Source: a virus
IMG/VR virus record: IMGVR_UViG_3300024312_000003
Location: 116,491 to 180,490 of that record
DNA length: 64,000 nucleotides
Strand: one strand, 5' to 3'
Position 1 is the stretch's first letter; each line of letters starts with the position of its first letter. The translations under genes and the position numbers were made by a program. Under the pieces are notes generated by a model, which saw only the letters and a program-made list of their open reading frames with translations, had not been told where the DNA came from and searched no databases. Shown here piece after piece: positions 1 to 8,761 of this stretch.

Positions 1-217
1 GTCCTCTACCGATTGAAATTGAATCTCCATCAAAATCACCAGCAAATTTCTTAATGAATGTTTGTCCATCCATCGACACTAGCTCACCAGCATTTTGAGG
101 AATGATAACTCCTCCTGCTGATAGTTTCATGATATTGCTGGCTTTTACAATTGCTGGGGCGCAAGCAGCTCCCAAAAGAGCAGACATAAAACCGCGACGT
201 GTAATGTGTTTAGTCAT
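1..217 (-). CDS. Partial ORF with twin-arginine (Tat)-like N-terminus, runs off the window edge
   Basis: Manual translation from ATG at 217: MTKHITRRGFMSALLGAACAPAIVKASNIMKL...KKFAGDFDGDSISIGRG; not in the ORF track. Confidence 0.6.
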   Translation of the reverse strand, partial: MTKHITRRGFMSALLGAACAPAIVKASNIMKLSAGGVIIPQNAGELVSMDGQTFIKKFAGDFDGDSISIGRG

Positions 218-269
218 GATATTTCTAATATAGTGTTCGTTATTTGAATTGAATAAATCGTTTACACAC

Positions 270-707
270 TCAATTGGAATCAATACAATAATAATCGAAT
301 ACTGAAATATGAATTACTTTTGTCTGAGCTTTCTTTTCACTTCTTGTGGATTTCAATCCAAGTTTTTCCCAGAAATACGAATGTGGTAGACCAACATCAG
401 AGCCTCCAGCTCTAACCACAAGAGCAGATAGATGGGGGCGAGAATGTTTAAATTCCCAATCTGTTATTCTAGCCACGCAATCATGCATCCATTCTTCAAT
501 GTCTTTCTTTTTACAAACATCAGAATAATGGATAAATGTTTGTTTATACTTATTTTCAATAAAAGATGAAATTTCAACCAAATCGGTTGTTAGACACATT
601 ACTGCCTTAGAAACCAAGTAACCAGTAATTTCAGAGATTACTTCGTCTTGAATTCTCAATTGCCAATCAATGAATGCTTTTTCCATTGAAACGAACTTAA
701 TAGTCAT
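270..707 (-). CDS. Hypothetical protein
   Basis: ORF 270..800; more likely start ATG at 707 (MTIKFVS) after an AAGGAAAG RBS-like motif. Confidence 0.6.
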   Translation of the reverse strand: MTIKFVSMEKAFIDWQLRIQDEVISEITGYLVSKAVMCLTTDLVEISSFIENKYKQTFIHYSDVCKKKDIEEWMHDCVARITDWEFKHSRPHLSALVVRAGGSDVGLPHSYFWEKLGLKSTRSEKKAQTKVIHISVFDYYCIDSN

Positions 708-869
708 TGGACTTTCCTTATGTCGGTGGACACGAAATAATAAACAACATATAGAGGAGGGAGATTTCTCTCCCTCCTCGCATTCCTGCTCTTTCCTCAA
801 TCAAAGAATTTAACTGTCTTTTTCAAATCCATTACAGATTTGATACTCATCAATTAAATCGGCAGGAAT

Positions 870-1208
870 ATCAGATTCAATAGGTTCGGATCATTATCAC
901 CTACTTGTTATTAAACCTGATAACTAGGTTTTGCTCAAGCGGCCAGGCGCTGAGCAAACGTGCTGTCGTTTGCGGCAGTTAAATTGAGATTTGTATGTTT
1001 CGATTGATTTCTCAATCTCTAACGGAGTTCTCATACTTACTCCGAGTAGTAATCTCCACTAGCTCACCCTGTCGAAACCAGATCTGGCCCACCTAAACAA
1101 ACACAATATTGAATCTGCTTAGGTGGACCAGGTGGGAATCGAACCCACGTCCAGAATGCATTTGCTTTGATTTTCAGTTTCGGTATTTCTACCTCTACAC
1201 ACTACCAT
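870..1208 (-). ncRNA. ssrA: Circularly permuted (two-piece) tmRNA gene: acceptor piece ~1208-1121, intervening hairpin, coding piece 1090-~870
   Basis: T-arm GTGGG-TTCGATT-CCCAC plus CTGGTCC-A-CC lies upstream of the 5' end GGGCCAGATCTGGTTTCGAC. The acceptor stem pairs 7/7 including G3:U70. Tag ORF, P5 hairpin and pk2-like pseudoknot (907-931) follow. The 870 boundary is approximate. Confidence 0.92.
935..973 (-). other. tmRNA tag reading frame (A)ANDSTFAQRLAA*
   Basis: GCA AAC GAC AGC ACG TTT GCT CAG CGC CTG GCC GCT TGA, preceded by TTAACTGCC resume context. Confidence 0.9.
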
Positions 1209-1742
1209 TTATACTTCAGTCCAAGTTCTGCCATTTCTAATATCAGAAACAGTTGATTTGGATATGTTGTATTTATCAACATAGTAACTGTATGGTTCTT
1301 TTCCGTATTTGATGTTACTAACCTGCTCTATTGTCAAATGCGAATTATTTCTAACATTAATACCTTTAGCAGATCGACCTTTATTTACCATATCATCCAT
1401 ATTGTCTTGATGAGTGCCTGCAAATAAATGATCAGGAGCAACACATTTACGATTATCACAATGATGACAAATCATAATACTGGGGTCAAGAATCTGACCA
1501 CCAATAAATAATTGAAAAGCCCATCTATGAGCGCGTATTTTAGACTGTTCCTCTCTAGATCCAACTGATATCTGACCGTATCCATCTTGATTGAGTTTAC
1601 CTGTCCACTCTATACAATCATTATTTGGATTAAGTTGAAGTTTGTCTATAAAACGTTTTAAGACTTTTTCATCAAATACGATATCTGGATCTAGAGAATT
1701 TGACATGATGCGTCCAAGAATTATTGTACGGAATTGTGCCAC
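1209..1742 (-). CDS. Free-standing HNH homing endonuclease (HNH_3-like); probable start 1706
   Basis: CIEWTG..N.DGYG.I, RAHR, CHHCDNRKCV.PDHL..GT..DN..DM motifs. Confidence 0.9.
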   Translation of the reverse strand: MAQFRTIILGRIMSNSLDPDIVFDEKVLKRFIDKLQLNPNNDCIEWTGKLNQDGYGQISVGSREEQSKIRAHRWAFQLFIGGQILDPSIMICHHCDNRKCVAPDHLFAGTHQDNMDDMVNKGRSAKGINVRNNSHLTIEQVSNIKYGKEPYSYYVDKYNISKSTVSDIRNGRTWTEV

Positions 1743-1905
1743 CCCCGTACGGGAGGCGCAAGGAGATCGAGGGTTTCTAACTCAATCATCGGCGCCCGCT
1801 AAAGAGTCCTTTCGAGACTCTACCTACCACGACTTTACGACCAACTGCAACATCGACGTAAACTTGTTGATTTCTCTCTACAACAAGTAGTGATGTTGTA
1901 ATTTA

Positions 1906-2385
1906 TTACCAAAAAGGATGTTGATATCCTGGATGAAACGGCGTGTTATAGAAAGAATGTGGATTAGGAATGTTAAAAATACTACGACTACACAAATTCA
2001 AATAACGATAAAAACCATTTAGCAAATCACGAGATTGTGATGTAAATTGAGTATATGGGTTACCATTGGGTTCAAAAGGTTTATTTAAGAAATTAATAAA
2101 CTCATTGAGAAGTTCAGCGAGTTTATCTTCATTCTCAGTTTTGACACCTACATGAAATCCATAAGTTACAAGTACATTCTGCAGCATATCGACATGTCTG
2201 TATACAATCGATGGGTTTACCCTCATAACGCTGCATCGCTCCACAATACCGTTAATTGTCAATTCATTATCAAGAAGAGATTGATCAATACTTAAATATG
2301 GTCTTTCTCGCATGCTTTGTTCCATCAAGAACAAAACAGCATGAAAAATAGTATTATAGGTGGTTGCATTCTTTACATTAAACAT
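1906..2385 (-). CDS. Hypothetical protein
   Basis: 159-aa ORF, co-oriented, followed by intergenic structure. Confidence 0.65.
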   Translation of the reverse strand: MFNVKNATTYNTIFHAVLFLMEQSMRERPYLSIDQSLLDNELTINGIVERCSVMRVNPSIVYRHVDMLQNVLVTYGFHVGVKTENEDKLAELLNEFINFLNKPFEPNGNPYTQFTSQSRDLLNGFYRYLNLCSRSIFNIPNPHSFYNTPFHPGYQHPFW

Positions 2386-2444
2386 TTTAATTTCCTACGA
2401 ATCATAAGAGACAGGCTTAAGCCTGTCTCTTATATGTTGTTTAC

Positions 2445-3551
2445 TTAATTACCAGTAAAACCAAACGTACGATTGCGATTGTTATTCAACACATCGTCAT
2501 CCTTACACAGTACATCAGCCAGAACTCCACTCTTATCAAAATCGATGAGAGGCAATCCAGAAGCTTTACGCGCAGTAATTGATTCTTCAATGGATAGTTC
2601 TCGGAACTCAATGATGTCGTAGCAGCGACCTTTACGAAGTAGTGCAGGATCAACCTTATTCAGTGATGACAAGTTAGTGGAGATGATCACCTTCTTATCA
2701 GGATCGTTTACAACACCATCGACGAAATTCAACAAACTAGCCAGATCTTTATTTCCTTCTTCACGGCGTGTCAGGAAAGCGTCAGCGTCTTCCAGAACCA
2801 AAAGATCGTGACCAGAACTATAGAAATAATTCATGAGTTCAACCGATCGCATGGTTGGTTCATCGTAAACAGTACAGACTTCTTTACCTGAGTGAATAGC
2901 GAGGCTACGAACAAAAGAAGACTTGCCAGTACCTGCTGGTCCAATCAAGAAAAGAATTCCAGATTTGCTTTTGATATAAGAATCAAAATACTCTTCAGGA
3001 GTTTTATTGAGGAATGGGTAATATTCTTTCTTTGCAACTTCTGCTGTTGATTTACGAATCGAGCGACGAGTGCTTTGAATACCTTGTTGAGTAATATTCA
3101 GAGTAAAAGCGGGATGTTGGTCGTCGTAAATGTGTTCAAGCAATACCTTTTCAATGGTTTCATGGTATTGCTGAATACAGGTAACCGTAGCTTTTGTCTT
3201 ATCAGAAGAAACAGTGACAAGGATAATCGCCACAGTATTGTCACCAGTTTTAACCAGTTTATCACTGATGAAGATATAACAATTAACATCATTCTTACTG
3301 CCAGTGACGTGTGTACGAATATGACACCAGTCACCTAGATTCTTGATGTCTTCAATCATCTTGCGATAATTAAAGTTATCTCGAAGACCGACTTGGGCTT
3401 CGATGAATCGAGTCTCCACACATTGATTCGAGTCAAGAGCTTTGATCTCAAAGATATCTGCAAGACCAATTTGAACATTGGCTTTCAAGTAGTGAGAAAA
3501 CAATTCTTTGGTAGAAATACCGTGAGTTTCATTTTGTTCGATCAAAGACAT
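2445..3551 (-). CDS. AAA+ ATPase
   Basis: Walker A GPAGTGKS, Walker B LLVLEDAD, STN sensor, DPALLRKGR arginine finger; start at ATG 3551 with AAGGAA RBS (track ORF extends to 3845). Confidence 0.88.
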   Translation of the reverse strand: MSLIEQNETHGISTKELFSHYLKANVQIGLADIFEIKALDSNQCVETRFIEAQVGLRDNFNYRKMIEDIKNLGDWCHIRTHVTGSKNDVNCYIFISDKLVKTGDNTVAIILVTVSSDKTKATVTCIQQYHETIEKVLLEHIYDDQHPAFTLNITQQGIQSTRRSIRKSTAEVAKKEYYPFLNKTPEEYFDSYIKSKSGILFLIGPAGTGKSSFVRSLAIHSGKEVCTVYDEPTMRSVELMNYFYSSGHDLLVLEDADAFLTRREEGNKDLASLLNFVDGVVNDPDKKVIISTNLSSLNKVDPALLRKGRCYDIIEFRELSIEESITARKASGLPLIDFDKSGVLADVLCKDDDVLNNNRNRTFGFTGN

Positions 3552-3822
3552 TTCAGTTTCCTTATTGATGTTAATGTTACTACAAGTAGCAAGTAATTTA
3601 GAAAGAGTATTATGAAATATGAATTCTGTATTAAAAGTTTTAATTCTTATTCTTGTATTTTTAGTTCCAAAATAAGACCTAATAAATTGTCTTTGTTTAA
3701 TTGGTGGGTTTATGGTTTCAAATATATGATAAGCTGAACCTGAAGTATCGTAACATGTTAAAAGGGCAGTCCATTTATAAAGTACTATGGATATATTGTC
3801 TTCTTTTGGAATACTAAACTTA

Positions 3823-4137
3823 TCAAGATTTCTGTAAAGATGCATCGTCCAGTTGATCCTTGTTAAGCATCGGGTATACTCTTACAAGATACGCCATATC
3901 GTAATTCATTGTTCTAAATTTATTAGGTTCTTCTATAAAACCGTGTCTTTTAGTTATTCGCTTTCCGTAACAATCACTCGGAATTGGTGCTAATTTAGTA
4001 CAATTAGAAACCACCCCAAACCTTGCATCCGCATAACGGGCATAGCTGTGTAGTTTATGAATGTTAACTTCCCTAATGGGGCGTCTGAATGATTTAAATA
4101 TCGGAACTTCGTGTTTGTTACTGAATATCATTTTCAA
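3823..4137 (-). CDS. Hypothetical protein
   Basis: ORF track, packed operon-like arrangement. Confidence 0.55.
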   Translation of the reverse strand: MKMIFSNKHEVPIFKSFRRPIREVNIHKLHSYARYADARFGVVSNCTKLAPIPSDCYGKRITKRHGFIEEPNKFRTMNYDMAYLVRVYPMLNKDQLDDASLQKS

Positions 4138-4450
4138 TTTCTCTGATATGAGTAAAAACTCTGAGAGTTTGATGAGAATATATTGGCAATCTCTCTACCG
4201 GAGTTGGTCTTCTTAACAATTTGGCTTTAATAGATAATTCTCTAAACAACATCGGATCTGTTGTGAGTTTGTATCTGTGAAAGTCAGCATGCTTTATGTT
4301 GAATCTGAATGATTCAGTACAATTCATATCCTCAATACCGTTGTAATAAATCATACTGAGTATACTGAACAAATGAATTTGACTAGCTCTATGATTAGGG
4401 TCCAGTAATGGATTTTCTGAAAACTTTCTCTCTGTTTTAAATAACGCCAT
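4118..4450 (-). CDS. Hypothetical protein
   Basis: ORF track, packed arrangement. Confidence 0.6.
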   Translation of the reverse strand: MALFKTERKFSENPLLDPNHRASQIHLFSILSMIYYNGIEDMNCTESFRFNIKHADFHRYKLTTDPMLFRELSIKAKLLRRPTPVERLPIYSHQTLRVFTHIREIENDIQ

Positions 4451-4452
4451 AT

Positions 4453-4638
4453 TTAATCATCATTCTTCAAAATTGATAAACATGTTTTATGTCTATCAGA
4501 ATTAACTGATACTATTTCAATCTTACTACCTAAATCTAAGATAGTAAATGTTTTATCAGAATCAGGAATGGATATATCCAATCCCTTTGATTCTTTGAGT
4601 GGTTCAATTTTAAAACCATTAATGATAACATTATTCAT
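4453..4638 (-). CDS. Hypothetical protein
   Basis: ORF track, 2-bp spacing to neighbours. Confidence 0.55.
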   Translation of the reverse strand: MNNVIINGFKIEPLKESKGLDISIPDSDKTFTILDLGSKIEIVSVNSDRHKTCLSILKNDD

Positions 4639-4640
4639 GA

Positions 4641-4997
4641 TTAATTATTAGGATATGGATTATCAAGAGGTTGGTTTGATTCATAGTACCATCTACCAGC
4701 AGCCACTTCTTGAGCACGTTCATCTAGCTCTGCATTTAATTTTTCAGCTAGTTTCTCAAGTAGTAATGGATGATATAGATGATCTACCCAAAGACATGGA
4801 TTTTCTTTGGATTGGTATTGTGAAGCTGTTTCAAAGATAACATCGCTATCAACTGTAGTAACGCCACCATCAGGCATTACCATGTAAACATCGTACCATT
4901 TTGTATAATTCTCCATTGTAATAATTGGTTTGTCTGACGGCTTACCAATATACAAAAGAGAAATATTACGCTTAGATAAATAAATTGTGTTATCCAT
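4641..4997 (-). CDS. Hypothetical protein
   Basis: ORF track. Confidence 0.65.
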   Translation of the reverse strand: MDNTIYLSKRNISLLYIGKPSDKPIITMENYTKWYDVYMVMPDGGVTTVDSDVIFETASQYQSKENPCLWVDHLYHPLLLEKLAEKLNAELDERAQEVAAGRWYYESNQPLDNPYPNN

Positions 4998-5016
4998 AAC
5001 TAGAAAGGTGATTTAA

Positions 5017-5419
5017 ATGAAAATAAAAAAGACTTAAAAGTGATCTTGTAGGCGGATACTCATTTTGGTGCCCGGCTTGCAATGAGCGACATGTCTATTA
5101 TACTGAACGCTATGATGGGAAACAACATCCGATCTGGGGATTCAATAACAACGAAGAATGTCCCACATTCACGCCTAGTTTAAACATGACTTCTATCAGG
5201 CATAAAACAATGACTGATGAAGATTGGATTGAATACGACAAATTAGTAGCTGAACAAGGTGAAAGAGCACCATTAAACCATCCTAAGTTCAGATATGTCT
5301 GCCATCTTTTCATTACTGATGGTAAAATCATTTATTGCGGAGATTGTACGCACGAATATGCTGGTAAAACAATAGACTTACCAGATATTCCTGAGCACAC
5401 TCAAAAAATTAAATCGTGA
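5017..5419 (+). pseudogene. Frameshifted Cys/His-rich (DUF6527-like) gene
   Basis: RBS AAGGTG plus ATG 5017 stops at 5035-5037. The +1 frame after the A6 run (5025-5030) reads ...FWCPACNERH...WGFNNNEECPTFTPSL...CHLFITDGKIIYCGDCTHEYAGKTIDLPD. Confidence 0.65.
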
Positions 5420-5466
5420 TATAAAATAATAAAAGAGGTAGGGATTTCTCCCTACCTCTTTTATGT

Positions 5467-5829
5467 TTACCACATCAACCATTCACGCCACTGACAGGGA
5501 AACTTAGCGATGAAAACAGGATCGTATTCACCACCAGAGTTCACCAACTTCAAAGCTTCACGCACGTTGTGACTCTCGTTCTCACGATTCCACTTCTTGC
5601 GATAGAACTTGGCGGGAGACCAAGCGTTGTAGTGTTTGGACTCACCGTGAATGGTGTGGTACTTCTCATTCTTCTCGCGTTCAGTCATCGGACGATACAC
5701 GCAGTATCCAGCGTGACCGTTACCGGTGTGGATGAACTTGTCGTATTCAGTGTAGAACCCGTTGACCTTCGAACCATACTTGTTCGGGTGTTCGAGTTCC
5801 CAGTTCTTGCGACGGAAAGTGCGACTCAT
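5467..5829 (-). CDS. Hypothetical basic phage protein
   Basis: MSRTFRRKN start, good RBS, terminator-like hairpin downstream. Confidence 0.7.
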   Translation of the reverse strand: MSRTFRRKNWELEHPNKYGSKVNGFYTEYDKFIHTGNGHAGYCVYRPMTEREKNEKYHTIHGESKHYNAWSPAKFYRKKWNRENESHNVREALKLVNSGGEYDPVFIAKFPCQWREWLMW

Positions 5830-5902
5830 CTTTGATTCTCCTATGTGATCTACATAGGCGAGTCGTGACGTATTGTTTCATCAGAAATTTTTTCATACTG
5901 TT

Positions 5903-6574
5903 TTACTTCACAACGATTTGATCTCCACAATAGGAGCGAATGATGTGGTTGCCTTTATCGCGTCCATACGAAATCCCAATTTGCTTGATCCAGTCTTTGT
6001 AAGACCCATCAAACTTTGTAAAGGTGTTATCACCTTTGTAATCTGGATCAGACCAAACAAAATTACCATGAGGAGTTTCAACAAAGAACTTTTGGCCAAA
6101 GTCCCATGAGAAATGACCGACGGAGTTCAAGAGTTGTTCGCGGTTGATTTCAGTTTGAGCTGTTTTGATTTCCATTTCTTTTCCTTCGATTGCTTTAACC
6201 ATCTTAAGAGTGGTCTCGAATATGGGGTTTTCGTAAAGCTTGTCCTGCGCAAACTTTAGAAGAGATAGAACTGCTCTCAATGAACCAGTGGCGTGATCGA
6301 ATGGAATATATCCATCTGTTCGATGATCTAGTTCGCTTAGATTGGCTGGATTATGAAATTCATGATTTTGTGCAAGAACATTCCAACACAGAACCGCATC
6401 TTCCCATAAATCGTAAGACTTAGGATCGGTTATATCAACACCTACCCCAGAAGCTTGGCTTGCTACGCAATCTGCAAGATATGGTAGTTTATGTCCTGTT
6501 GACAAAGCGACGACTACCGTGTTATTCGTGATGTAAACTGAATATGGTTTGATTTCTTTCATCTTTAACTCCAA
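5903..6574 (-). CDS. Hypothetical protein
   Basis: 223-aa ORF. Confidence 0.7.
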   Translation of the reverse strand: MELKMKEIKPYSVYITNNTVVVALSTGHKLPYLADCVASQASGVGVDITDPKSYDLWEDAVLCWNVLAQNHEFHNPANLSELDHRTDGYIPFDHATGSLRAVLSLLKFAQDKLYENPIFETTLKMVKAIEGKEMEIKTAQTEINREQLLNSVGHFSWDFGQKFFVETPHGNFVWSDPDYKGDNTFTKFDGSYKDWIKQIGISYGRDKGNHIIRSYCGDQIVVK

Positions 6575-6593
6575 AAGTAATATACTATTATAA

Positions 6594-6914
6594 TTAAGAT
6601 GTAAGATCAGATTCAGAAATTGGTCTTTTTTGAATCATTATCAGTTTCATTGTTGCAGAATACTTTTCTACATCAAAAACATTTTGACGATAATTTGGAT
6701 GACGGTGTGTTATGATGTTTATAACTGTTTGTCCGAACTCATCTATTTCAACATCCTGATCTTCGAGACTAATGTTCTCATCATTAGCCATTTGAAGAAT
6801 CATTGTTTTATCATCATTACTTGATATTTTACCACGAAATGATTCAACCTCTATATTGTCAATATAGATTTCGTCCGCAACATCGATTGCTTTAAAAAGA
6901 GTGGTTTTAATCAT
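6594..6914 (-). CDS. Hypothetical protein
   Basis: ORF track. Confidence 0.6.
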   Translation of the reverse strand: MIKTTLFKAIDVADEIYIDNIEVESFRGKISSNDDKTMILQMANDENISLEDQDVEIDEFGQTVINIITHRHPNYRQNVFDVEKYSATMKLIMIQKRPISESDLTS

Positions 6915-7257
6915 TTTTAAAAATCATTGTTAATTTTAAACGTCTTCCACTATTAATCAGATTTAATACTTCATCATCTTTAGTGGAAAGATTATCAAGA
7001 ATAAGCCAACCCTTTGAACTCAATCTCAACGAATAGACACTAACTTCTTGCAATAGGTCGCTGGGATTAACTTTCAAACTTTGACATATTTTGATAAAAT
7101 CAGAAAAGCTTAATGATGAGTTTCCATTTTCTATTTTGCAATACGCTGAAGTTTGTTTACCTAGAAACTCAGCAATGTATTTTTGACTTAGCTTTCTAGC
7201 TAACCGGTATTCTCGGATAACTAAAAGAGTTATAGAAGTCATTGATGTTTTAAACAT
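6907..7257 (-). CDS. XRE-family helix-turn-helix protein
   Basis: IREYRLARKLSQKYIAEFLGKQTSAYCKIENGNSSLS pattern. Confidence 0.85.
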   Translation of the reverse strand: MFKTSMTSITLLVIREYRLARKLSQKYIAEFLGKQTSAYCKIENGNSSLSFSDFIKICQSLKVNPSDLLQEVSVYSLRLSSKGWLILDNLSTKDDEVLNLINSGRRLKLTMIFKND

Positions 7258-7260
7258 ATG

Positions 7261-7485
7261 TCAAATATTGGAGTCTGGATTGTTATTGCTTTTTACAGTG
7301 TCAGCTGTATGGGTGATTAATTCTTTACCCAGAACAACTCGATACATTTGAATCTTCCGATTTGAATCTTCACTCATTCTATCATTAATAAATTGATTTG
7401 CTTGATCAATTGTATCAAAATCTTTAAAATCAACACCGCCGTCTTCGTAATAACCGTCGTTGTGGAATACAAAAACTTTAGACAT
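7261..7485 (-). CDS. Hypothetical protein
   Basis: ORF track. Confidence 0.6.
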   Translation of the reverse strand: MSKVFVFHNDGYYEDGGVDFKDFDTIDQANQFINDRMSEDSNRKIQMYRVVLGKELITHTADTVKSNNNPDSNI

Positions 7486-7497
7486 AGTGATTTCAAC

Positions 7498-8070
7498 TCA
7501 TTTGTTTTTAACAACATGTCCGTCATTTGAAATTACTTCACGACCAGACATGAATTGAATAATGTCGTCTTCGGTGAACAATTTGTATTCACCAAAAACA
7601 TTAAGAGAGTTATCTAGACCAACATCAAGGATTCGACCTTGTCCTTGGTATGAACCGTGGCAATGCCCGTGCGCATGGTAACTACCATAATGTTGCCTAT
7701 GCCAAACATGCATTGGAAAATGGAACATGCACAGATGTTGTCCATCTTTTAATTTCATTTCTTTATAGTCTTGAAATGAAATTACTTTATTCGTTTTTAC
7801 TTTCTTCCAAGTAGTATTACTGTCATGATTGCCCTTAATGCAAACCACATGACAATTTATTCTTTCAATTATTTCTACAATTTCATTAGGGTCTTTGCAG
7901 AAAATAAAATCACCCAATTCAAAAAGAAAGTCATTTCGTTTGACTGTTGAATTAATAAGATCAATGACCCAATCGGTATGATCTTCAAGAGTCGTGACTG
8001 TGCTTCTTTTTGTATAGTCGAGAATTCTTTTATGCTCGATGTGTAAATCTGATGTAAAGTAATTAGCCAT
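7498..8070 (-). CDS. Calcineurin-like metallophosphoesterase
   Basis: TSDLH, LGD, GNHD, HFP, HGHCH motifs. Confidence 0.9.
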   Translation of the reverse strand: MANYFTSDLHIEHKRILDYTKRSTVTTLEDHTDWVIDLINSTVKRNDFLFELGDFIFCKDPNEIVEIIERINCHVVCIKGNHDSNTTWKKVKTNKVISFQDYKEMKLKDGQHLCMFHFPMHVWHRQHYGSYHAHGHCHGSYQGQGRILDVGLDNSLNVFGEYKLFTEDDIIQFMSGREVISNDGHVVKNK

Positions 8071-8154
8071 GATATTTCATTTATTATTTCTAAGACATAA
8101 AAGAGTGGAATTACTCCACTCTTTTATACCCTATCTATCCTGATTTGAACTCAG

Positions 8155-8697
8155 TCATGTAACTGGATTCTCAGTACTAAAACTTCTTTCTTCAGCAATC
8201 TTTGTTTGTATTGCAAAATTTGCATATAGCTTAAGATCTTGATGAATTTGTTCTTGAGTACTAATGCCTTGTTCTGACAACGCTAGCTCCCATGTCCAAG
8301 ACTTATCAATTGGTAGATCACTATATAGTTCATGATTCTTGGTAGTGACGTGCAGTCTACCAGACGGAGTTTGAATCATTAGACCAATCGTATCTCCATT
8401 TTGAAGACCGCTAAGTCTCGTAGCTCCATACTCAGCGACCAATAGTGAAATGTAAAAATTATTTAAGGTTTTTGCATCTTCTATTTCTTTATACAGTTTA
8501 TTTCGCAAATCTAAAACATGATTCAGTAAATCATTTTTACAACAAAGCTGTTCGAATAGTTTATGGTTTTCTTTTTCTAATCTTGCTTCTTTGTCTGATT
8601 GAGTCTTATTTTTATTTGAATTAATGATCAAATAATGACCCAGTAATCCAGCTAAGAACATCAAAAATGCAAAAATCAAAAAGCTGTCGGTATTCAT
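8155..8697 (-). CDS. Membrane-anchored coiled-coil hypothetical protein
   Basis: N-terminal hydrophobic helix followed by a heptad-like segment. Confidence 0.65.
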   Translation of the reverse strand: MNTDSFLIFAFLMFLAGLLGHYLIINSNKNKTQSDKEARLEKENHKLFEQLCCKNDLLNHVLDLRNKLYKEIEDAKTLNNFYISLLVAEYGATRLSGLQNGDTIGLMIQTPSGRLHVTTKNHELYSDLPIDKSWTWELALSEQGISTQEQIHQDLKLYANFAIQTKIAEERSFSTENPVT

Positions 8698-8761
8698 TTT
8701 ATCTCCAATGCATATTTGCGCTAAGAACAGTCTGATAAATAGACCGTCTTAGCACAAATAA

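Noticed and set aside
23-43. AGDFDGD resembling the RNA polymerase beta-prime catalytic NADFDGD motif
   Set aside because: It lies ~60 aa after a Tat-like leader, with no surrounding double-psi barrel context visible; probably coincidental, though the rest of the ORF is outside the window
1121-1905. One-piece tmRNA interrupted by the HNH, plus a second copy downstream
   Set aside because: No GGGCCAG/TTCGAC 5' end upstream and no T-arm downstream of the tag; the two modules pair with each other, which supports permutation
5110-5331. Minus-strand 73-aa ORF
   Set aside because: Shadow of the frameshifted plus-strand Cys/His gene
6577-6584. Exact phiKZ-type TATATTAC promoter
   Set aside because: Only 3 nt upstream of the start codon at 6574, too close to drive that gene normally
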